Part shown: positions 20,287-28,483 of the stretch, piece after piece
Layout: the number at the start of each line of letters is the position of its first letter
Numbering within the stretch: position 1 is the stretch's first letter
Assembly: GCA_042852035.1 (NCBI GenBank)
Contig: BAAFHK010000002.1
Coordinates: 120,001 to 152,000 of the forward strand
Source: Candidatus Saccharimonadota bacterium
GTDB lineage: Bacteria; Patescibacteriota; Gracilibacteria; BD1-5; UBA2023
Direction of reading: 5' to 3'
DNA: 32,000 bases
Translations under genes and position numbers: made by a program
Notes under the pieces: model-generated
What the model was told of the DNA's origin: nothing
What the model saw: the letters and a program-made list of their open reading frames with translations, nothing else
Database searches by the model: none

Positions 20287-20952
20287 ATGGCTGTTTCTAA
20301 AGCAAAAAAAGTAGAACAACTTGCTGCACTCGAGGCTCATCTCAAAGATGCAAAGTCAGTTGCTTTTACTTCAAATCAAAAGGTAACTGTAGCAGAAGTA
20401 TCTTCACTTAAGAAAGATCTTCGCGCCCAGAATGCTCTCTTCCTCATTGCAAAAAAGACTCTTATTCGTATTGCATTTAAGAATGTTTATGGTGTCGAAC
20501 TCGATATCTCTACACTTCCAGGACAAGTTGCCCTTGTTATTGGTAAGGGTGATGCTATCGCACCATTTGGTGTTGCTAATAAATATGCTAATGAATGGAA
20601 GAAAGAAGAAAAAATGGTATTCGTAGGTGGATATATGGATGGACGACTTATGGATGGTGCTGAGACAAAGAAGCTCGCTACTCTCCCTTCTCGTGAGGTT
20701 CTCCTTGCGAAACTCCTTGGTTCTATGATGTCTCCACTTTCTGGTCTTGCTCGATTCTTCGATGCAGCAAAGAAAGACCTCGAAACAAAGAATCTTACCA
20801 AAGTTGGTGATCTCACTATCGCAGCCCCAGAAGCTCCAAAGGCTCCAGAAACTGCAAGTGTTGCTTCTCCTGCTGTAAATGAGGAGGCTCCAGCTACTGT
20901 AGAAGAATCTGCTCCAGTTGAATCTGCTCCAGAAGCTCCAAAGGCCGAATAA
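20287..20952 (+). CDS. rplJ: 50S ribosomal protein L10 with Ala/Pro/Glu-rich C-terminal extension
   Basis: 221 aa from ATG 20287 (MAVSKAKKVEQLAALEAHLKDAKSVAF...). The track's upstream extension from 20212 is not credible. There is no in-frame TGA. TAA stop. Confidence 0.93.
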   Translation: MAVSKAKKVEQLAALEAHLKDAKSVAFTSNQKVTVAEVSSLKKDLRAQNALFLIAKKTLIRIAFKNVYGVELDISTLPGQVALVIGKGDAIAPFGVANKYANEWKKEEKMVFVGGYMDGRLMDGAETKKLATLPSREVLLAKLLGSMMSPLSGLARFFDAAKKDLETKNLTKVGDLTIAAPEAPKAPETASVASPAVNEEAPATVEESAPVESAPEAPKAE

Positions 20953-21127
20953 TTTTCGTTTCACATCCTACTCATGATTCATGGGTAGGTGCGAGGTGAA
21001 AATCTCGATTGGTTCCATAACTTGCGAGCAGAGTAAAGCAATTCTTGCTACTCATCCTACATGGATTTCTTTGCTCCGCTTGTAGTGCGGTCCAAAATTA
21101 ACTTTTATTTTATTATTTTTTTATACT

Positions 21128-21511
21128 ATGGCTGATCTTAGTAAAAATGCTGAGAAAGTTCTCGAACTCGTCGAGGGTCTCACAATCGTAGAACTCGCTG
21201 ATCTCGTCTCTGCTATGGAGGAGAAATTCGGTGTTTCTGCAGCTGCTCCTGTAGCAGTTATGGCTGGTGGTGCTGCACCTGCAGGTGGTGGTGATGAAGA
21301 AAAAACATCATTCGATGTTGTTATGACTTCTGCTGGTGGTCAAAAGATTGCTGTTATTAAGGTTATTCGTGAAATCACTGGTCTTGGACTTGGTGAAGCG
21401 AAGGCTCTTGCTGACAACGGTGGTGATATCAAGAAGGGAATCAAGAAAGATGAAGCTGAAAAAATCAAGAAGCAACTTGAGGAATCAGGTGCTACAGTTG
21501 AGCTTAAGTAA
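21128..21511 (+). CDS. rplL: 50S ribosomal protein L7/L12
   Basis: 127 aa with [26 protein letters not shown], an Ala/Gly hinge, and [24 protein letters not shown]...ATVELK. There is no in-frame TGA. Confidence 0.97.
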   Translation: MADLSKNAEKVLELVEGLTIVELADLVSAMEEKFGVSAAAPVAVMAGGAAPAGGGDEEKTSFDVVMTSAGGQKIAVIKVIREITGLGLGEAKALADNGGDIKKGIKKDEAEKIKKQLEESGATVELK

Positions 21512-21520
21512 GTTTTCTTT

Positions 21521-21552
21521 AAAAACCCCCTCGAATATTCGAGGGGGTTTTT
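21521..21552. terminator. Strong bidirectional rho-independent terminator
   Basis: AAAAA-CCCCCTCGAATATTCGAGGGGG-TTTTT is a perfect palindrome with stem at 21526-21547. It lies between convergent rplL and the exonuclease gene. Confidence 0.85.
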
Positions 21553-21587
21553 AAATATATATTTTTCAGGCTATATATGAGAGGTAT

Positions 21588-22190
21588 CTATCGTTTAAAT
21601 TTTAGAAACTTAAGGAGCGCTTCTCTCGTTGCCATAATGTCTCATCTCGCAGTATGAGCACTATATCCGGTTATTCGAAGTACTTCAGCAAGGCCCCCAG
21701 GTTTTGAGAGGCTTGTTGACTTAAAGGGGAGGGGAATTTTATTGTATCGTGCTATAGCATTTGCTTGGTTTGCAATAGATTTTGTATCTATAATATCATT
21801 TCAAAGCTTCATATAAAGATTGGGCTTTCTTGCATTCGCAAAAACTGATGCGAGAAATGCAATATCAGCAGCAACAAATTGTCATACAAGTATTGGTTTT
21901 TGCTCTCATGGAAAGTGTGTTTCAAGAAATCATTGAAAGTATTCACAAAATTCTTCATAGGATTTTCCAGCAGCAATACGATCAAGGGTGAAGCCATTGT
22001 ATTCAAGGGCTTTTTGGTCGATAATAATGTTATCGGGTGGAAGGAGATCCATAAAAAATTCTCAGATGATCTGAAATTGGGCATCCATGACAACGGCTCA
22101 AACTTCAATAACTCCATGTTGAAACGGATTAAGTCCAGTCATTTCGAGATCAAGTATAAGATATACTCAAGGAGATGTTGTATCAGGCAT
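21588..22190 (-). CDS. DEDDh 3'-5' exonuclease (DnaQ/epsilon-like)
   Basis: 200 aa. Exo I is LILDLEMTGLNP, Exo II is GQFVAADIAFL and Exo III is YSAHTAR-G-DIMAT. The track ORF 21809-22117 is in the wrong frame. Confidence 0.8.
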
Positions 22191-22292
22191 AGAAAACTTG
22201 ATTTTTAAAGATTCTTGTCTACTCTTCTTTTTATACGATAAAGAATGATAGTTCTTATACGAAAAAAGTCAAAAAATTTCACTTTACAAATT

Positions 22293-22892
22293 ATGACAAA
22301 GCCATTTATAGTCCAAGATCCCTATTTTGATAAAGCAAAGAAACTCGGGTATCGAGCTAGAAGCGCATTTAAGCTTATTGAGATTGATGAAAAATTTCAT
22401 GTAATAAAGCCATGAATGTGTGTTCTTGATGTTGCGAGCGCACCTTGAAGTTTTATTCAGGTGATTTCAAAGATTGTGGGAGAAGAATGAAGAGTAATCG
22501 GAGTTGATATACAATCAATTAAGTCTTTTGGGCAAAAAAATATTTCATTCCTTCAGGCAAGTATCTTTGAGTATGATAAAATCCGAACTTTTATTCAAGA
22601 GAGGGGAATTGAACAATTTGATCTTATTACTTCAGATATAGCACCAAATACTTCAGGTATTACCTGAGTCGATCAATATAGATCTATTGAATTGAACATT
22701 GCTATTTTAGATGTGGCTGAAGTATTTCTCAAAAAATGATGAAATCTTATTCTTAAGGTATTTGTTTGAGAGGATGTGGAAGATCTTATAGCTCCTGTGA
22801 AACAAAAATATACAAAACTTACTCGTTTTAAACCAAAAGCTTGTCGTGATCGAAGTTTCGAAGAGTACTTCATCTGTCAATGAAAGAAATAG
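22293..22892 (+). CDS. rlmE: 23S rRNA (uridine2552-2'-O)-methyltransferase RlmE/FtsJ
   Basis: 199 aa with YRARSAFKLIEIDEKF, VLDVASAP-G-SF, SDIAPNTSGIT-G-VD, KVFV-G-ED, and KPKACRDRSFEEYFIC. Confidence 0.9.
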
Positions 22893-22963
22893 TCTGTCAA
22901 ATCTAATTATTTGGTAAAACTAACATTTATCTATAATAGAATCTATCAATAGAGATTCATTTT

Positions 22964-24609
22964 ATGAAGTATACCTTTCTTGCTATATCATTTTTTTGGA
23001 TATCTTGAGTATCAGCATTGGAGAGATTTGATTCATCCTGTTATCGCGAAGTGGCTACAATTGATACGAATTCTTGAGTTTCATCGGTTCAAGTACAAAA
23101 TACTACTGATGATATTTTTTTTAGTACCACTTTTTGAGATATCCTTCCTTCAAGGTTAGAAAATACAAAAAAAATCCACCCATTCAATATACCTCAAAAG
23201 ATTTTGTTGATATCCCACTTCTTGATGATAGTGATCCTTATACCTGAATTGAAATTGATCCAACACTTTTTTTGAAGGGTGAAGTGAGTTACGTTTTTGA
23301 TTTAGGAAAAATATATACTCGTTGACAAATAAAACCAGAAATAGGATTTGTGACGGATAGAAATATCTCAGTAAGTCTATCTATTGATGGAAACTTTTTT
23401 ATCCCAGTAACCCTTGGGAGTATAGGAAACTTTGACTTTCGTTTCATAAAAATAGGATTTTCTGGGAATTGAAAACAAACAGAAATCACAAGATTCCATA
23501 CACTCAATTTTTTTCAAAATATACAAAATACTTACGTATTCTCTTCACCTGGTTGAGAGGTAAGGATATTTCGGTGATATGCATGTACTTCCCAGGGTCA
23601 TCAGTACTCTATGTTAGATCGCCCGAAACTTCCATATACGGAGATTATCCCAGATAAAAGCTACACACCTATTTTTTTACCAAATCCTCTTTATAAAGAT
23701 GATGGTGATAGTGATGGATTTGAGAATATTCGTGATAATTGTCCTATCGTAAATAACCCAGATCAAAATGACAGAAATAATGACGGTATCTGAGATGCTT
23801 GTGATGATTCTGATAGGGATAATAGGTATGGATTTGATGACAACTGTCCTACTATAAGTAATCCAGATCAAGCTGATAAAAATGCGAATAAAATCGGAGA
23901 TGCCTGTGAATTTGATACCGATAAGGATGGCGTTTTCGATGATACTGATAATGCCATTCATATGAAAAATCCAGATCAAGCTGATATTGATAGGGATGGA
24001 ATTGGTGATGTGATGGATAATTGTAATCTCTATAATCCAGATCAATTAGATTTGGATAAAAATGGAAGAGGTGATGTGTGCGATAAGAATGAAGAATATC
24101 GCAGAACAAATGATTTCGATAAAGATACAATTTTGGATTATCTCGATAACTGCAGTAAAATGAGTAATCAGAATCAAGCTGATTCTGATATTGATGGCAT
24201 CGGTGACGTATGTGATAACTGTAAAGAGTTAAAAAATCCAGAACAATCAGATATTGATGTGAATGGAGTAGGTGATAGTTGTGAAGATGTTGATCATGAT
24301 GGAGTAGTATGATGGAGAGATAATTGTCCGAGTATCTCGAATCCCGATCAAAAAGACAGTGATAATAATAGGGTGGGAGATATCTGTAGTGATATTGATG
24401 GAGATTGAAAATATGATGAGGTTGATAATTGTCCAACGGTTTTTAATGATACTCAATATGATATCGATAAAGATGGAAAGTGAGATGTCTGTGATGCCGA
24501 TGATAATAGGTTTATCGAATCAAATAAATATGTCTTTATGGCTCTTGTTGGTATTTTTGGGCTTATTTTTATCGGAGGTATTATTGTGCTTATTCGTAAA
24601 CTTCAGTAA
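22964..24609 (+). CDS. Surface protein: signal peptide + discoidin-like domain + thrombospondin type 3 Ca-binding repeats + C-terminal TM anchor; reading frame broken at an A8 tract
   Basis: Frame 2 (22964-23305) encodes MKYTFLAISFFWISGVSA... and dead-ends at TAG 23303-23305. Frame 1 is open from 23125 to TAA 24607-24609. It encodes VSYVFDLGKIY...SLSIDGNFF (F5/8-type-C-like), then about 14 DxDxDGxGDxCD / DNCPxxxNPDQ units. It ends in YVFMALVGIFGLIFIGGIIVLI. A -1 shift in A8 (23167-23174) joins the two frames. Confidence 0.75.
23167..23174 (+). repeat. Homopolymeric A8 tract at the frame junction (A_AAA_AAA slippery heptamer in the 0 frame)
   Basis: The sequence reads aat-aca-aaa-aaa-atc in the signal-peptide frame. 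One extra A, or a -1 slip, gives aaa-aaa-aat-cca-ccc, which is the downstream frame. Confidence 0.9.
23698..24507 (+). repeat. Tandem coding repeats (thrombospondin type 3 / Asp-rich Ca-binding loops)
   Basis: Recurrent nucleotide units are present. For example, aatccagatcaagctgat occurs at about 23862 and again at about 23968. They encode NPDQADxDxDGIGDxCDNC. This explains the long spurious antisense ORFs. Confidence 0.8.
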
Positions 24610-24620
24610 TTTTTCAACCT

Positions 24621-27600
24621 ATGACACAAGTTTCTCTTCTATCTTTTCTCAGACGCATCTCGTGGCTCATATCCTTTCTTCTTGGTGCTTTTTCTGCTCT
24701 CCTCCTTTCAGATTTATCTTCTTGAAGTTATACGACTGGTGCTGAGAATTTCTTTGAATGGGGATGGATATGGGGAGTTATATTTATGCTTCTTTTTAAG
24801 AAATTTCTTCTCTCAGAAAATATTATATCAGCTATTTCTTTTGAGCCAGTACCTCTAAAGAATGACATTTGAGTATCTTCACCGCATCAAAATATTGATG
24901 TTCAATCATTTCCACTAATACAGTTGAGTGAAATATCTGATATGAGAGGTAATTTTAAAGAAAATATCCAAGCCGAATCGAAACAAGAAATAGAAAAAAA
25001 ACAGGTGACACCGGTGATTCCTCCTCCACCGGAAGTAAAGAAACCAAATTGGATTGTTGCTTTCTTTTCCGATCGACCGCTTGCAAAGATTTGAGGTATT
25101 ATCCTCTTTTTGGCTGCATTTTTCTTTCTCTCACTTGTATGGTCAATTGTTGGCTCTATAGGAAAAGTTATTATAGGTCTTATTTTCGGTTTCTCTCTCT
25201 ATGTTATTTGAGTTTGGATGGATAAAAAATGACATATTACAGAGTCTCGTACTCTTTTATGAGTTGGTATCGCTATAAATACTCTTACTATTCTTTCTTG
25301 AAGATGGATTATTGGGGATACATCAGGAAGTATTTTTTCAGATACGCTTACTCTTATCTTTCTTATTCTAAATACTCTTTTTGCTGTAGCTACTGGACTC
25401 GTATATAACTCGAGAACTTTTCTTATTTTCTCATTTGTTTTTGCTTATTTTATACCGTTCATTGTTCGTTCAGAATCAGATAGCTCCATCCTTATAATGT
25501 TCTATACGCTCACAATTTCTCTCGGTTGATATTTGCTAACCTGGCTTTTTCTACAGAGAAATGAGCGTATTGATGATATGAAGTGGCTATTTCGAACAAT
25601 TATTATAGGAAGCCTTATGCTTCTTGGATTAACGGGTTTTGGTGTAGAGAGTGTAATGGAGCTTATTTTGATATCTATTCTGAGCTCTATTCTTACAACC
25701 ACAGGAATATTTATCTCAAGAAAGACTGAACTTCGTGACGAATCAGTTCCAAGTCTACTCATTTCTGCTTATATAATTCTTATATGTTCAATCTTCTGAA
25801 TCTGAGATAAAGAACAGGCAACAATAATCGTTAGTTTTATTTTCACTCTTCCGATTTTGGTTTATACAGCTCTATTTATGGTGCGAGTGAATCTTGTAAT
25901 ATATACTTGGATTTTGCTTATTCCGTTGTGAGTTGCATTAATTCTTTTTTGAGTATTTGGAATTCCTTCGTTAGTGCTCATTCTTGTCCCTATTGTTCTT
26001 ATATACGGATTGGCGTGATTATTCCTTGTTTCTTTTATGACAGAAGTTCTGCGCTATGTCTTTTTCCTAGTTATTAGTGCTTTTATTTTTATTTGTTCTG
26101 TTGCCATAGATGGATCTCACTATGAGATTTCTCTATCAAGCCGTTGGGTTATAAGTATTTCTTCACTCGGATTTTTTCTCCTTTCACTCTGGTCGAGTTA
26201 CAAATATAAATTAATCCATCTTTCACTCATTGCTCTTATATCTTCCTCAATTATATTTACGACTTCTCTTATTCCAGAATGGGAAGCATCATGGATGATG
26301 TATATTCTTTTCCTTGCAGTGACCTTTTCTTATCCTTTTTTCGTTAGAAAATCAATCAAAGAGCAATTTTCCTCATTTATCAGCTATCAAGTAGTGGCAA
26401 ATCTTTTTATGATAGGAGAGCTATTTTACCTCGGGAGAAATATCTGGTTTACAAGAGATGGGAGTTCACTAGTTACCCTTGGGATAATTGTTTTTCTTCT
26501 TTCAATAGCATCACTCTTCTACTCATTTATGCTTATTCGAGTCACTTTGAGTAATGGAAGCCTTTCATCTCTGAGTTCTGATCTAAAAAGGAATGCTACG
26601 ACACTGCTCTGAATCCCGCTATCCCTTTTTACTCTTGCAATTGCTGTGACTTTCTCAGAAAGCCCACTTGTGGTATCGACGGCATGGGTAGTTGAATCAG
26701 TAGTGCTTGCATATTATTCTTCAAAACAGAGGAATCAATGAATGCTTATAGGAACAATTATATTAGCAAGCATATGAATATTGAGGCTTATACCATTTTT
26801 TGATAGTATATACACTGGAGAGTATCTTGCTCTTGTTCCCATAACTATCATTGCACTGAGTCTATATTGTACACTACTATTTATTGTTGATAGAGAAAAA
26901 AATCCACTTGCAAATGTTTATGATTTTATTCATATCTTTGGCATAAGTATGGTTGCTTATGCTCTTATGGAAATTATTCCTCATACCCAGACTGGATGGA
27001 GCCTACTTTGACTTAATATATTTCTTCTTCTTTCAACTTGGTTTTATACAAAAGTATCGAGCAAGATTATCTCCTTGTGGATGATATTTTTATCTCTTAT
27101 TATTTACTTTTATCACCTAGTTCGAGTTGAGGAACTCAGTATGAATCTTGGACCAGTATTTATACAACTTACAGCTCTTTCAATTGGTACATTTGCCGTT
27201 TGGTATATGAAATCAAAAAACCAATTCTGAAAGTATGCATTTATTTATGCTTTCATTATGTTTCTTTTGATTACGTCTATTTATGTAAATCAACTGACGA
27301 ATAATATTTTTGCCGTAACCATCTACCTTACCATTATTGCTACGATTTATCTCCTATTTTGAATCAATAATAATGTTGCAAAGTTTAGGACTATCTGACT
27401 TTATATCGGAAGCGGGGTACTTATAAAAATTCTGTTTTATGATATTTGGGCCTGAGTTGATAATCTCATCATTCGTGTTGTAGCTCTCATGATTACATGA
27501 GGTATTATGATTGCTATTTCTCAACTTTATGGAAGGAGAGTAAACCGACCATGGAATGAGGAATTCGCTCTTTCTAACTTTGCGAATAATTCCCAAAGTG

Positions 27601-27968
27601 CAATGATCATTAATGATGAAATGCAATGAGAGCATCCATCTTCTCCTGATGACATGCCATTCGATGAAAGTATTTCAAATGATCTAAAAGAGTTTGATAT
27701 AAGTCATATTTCTTCGATTGAGCTTCAGAATTTATCTTGAGAAATAATTCTTCTCTCTCGTAGGGCAGGAATAATTCGTGTTGCAAACTACATTGTAAAA
27801 CATCTCGGAAAGACAGAATTTGTACCAAATGAACTTGAAGCAGCTCTAAAAAACCTTATTCCTCACATACAGAGCTCTCTCCCCAAAAAGGAACTTGATA
27901 CTATCTTATTAAAAATTCATAATTGGGTACTTCTATGATGAAAAATAGTTATAAAAGAAAAAATATAA
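24621..27968 (+). CDS. Large polytopic membrane protein, DUF2339-like
   Basis: 1115 aa, open in frame 0 with TGA=Gly. It has dozens of hydrophobic helices. The N-terminal motif is FFSDRPLAKI-G-GIILFLAAFFFLSL. The C-terminal motif is FRTI-G-LYIGSGVLIKILFYDIWA. A soluble tail of about 110 aa follows. TAA stop at 27966-27968. The start lies 11 nt after the upstream stop. Confidence 0.8.
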
Positions 27969-28381
27969 AGTGGTTTTATTTCCTTCTTTCCTGATTCAGG
28001 TATTTTTTCCTTTTACTTTGAGTCGGATTTTTTCTCCATTTTCTTTTACTTACTCTAAGTATTGCTTTTACAAAATCTAATACAGATGTAGAGAGAAAAT
28101 ATGCGTATACAACTGATGGATGTAGTATGTTTATCGACGGGGACTACAGGGAATGCTGTGAGGCTCATGATCGTGCATATTGGGAAGGTGGGCGACTTTA
28201 TAAGAAGCTTGTAGCTGATGCTCTTCTCTATGCTTGCATAGCAGAGAAGTGACATAATGTTCGAGAAAATTTTATGTTTCCTGCTGTACTCATTGGTGGA
28301 AATCCAGGTTTTCCTACGAAATTTCGTTGGGGTTATGGTTACCCATATCCATATTATGATATTCGATGAGTTCAGAAATAA
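27935..28381 (+). CDS. Small membrane-anchored protein with secretory-PLA2-like CCxxHDxxY motif
   Basis: 148 aa from ATG 27935, overlapping the DUF2339 3' end by 34 nt. It has an N-terminal TM (WFYFLLSGFRYFFLLLGVGFFLHFLLL). It then reads YTTDGCSMFIDGDYRECCEAHDRAYWEGG, which resembles the sPLA2 catalytic His-Asp network CCxxHDxCY. TAA stop. Confidence 0.5.
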
Positions 28382-28483
28382 GTGTTTATATTATATTCTA
28401 AATTTGTAAATACTATATATTCATATTTATTTGAGTGCATTAGTAACTCATGATATGATAATCACTAATTAACCATTTTTTTT

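Noticed and set aside
20404-20964. 186-aa and 109-aa minus-strand ORFs opposite rplJ
   Set aside because: They are antisense shadows of a strongly codon-biased ribosomal-protein gene, with repetitive low-complexity translations.
21809-22117. 102-aa minus-strand ORF
   Set aside because: It is the wrong frame of the exonuclease gene. The frame containing UGA codons yields the DEDDh Exo I-III motifs.
23677-24436. Long minus-strand ORFs (122 aa Ile-rich; 194 aa His/Tyr-rich) and short plus-strand ORFs in other frames
   Set aside because: They are artefacts of the GAT/AAT-rich TSP3 repeat DNA, which lacks stop codons in several frames. Only frame 1 on the plus strand gives the DxDxDGxGDxCD repeats.
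27936-27941. Tandem TGA-TGA as the terminator of the DUF2339 gene
   Set aside because: Given UGA=Gly everywhere else, the frame continues 8 more codons to TAA at 27966-27968. The apparent double stop coincides with the ATG-ATG start of the overlapping PLA2-like gene in another frame.
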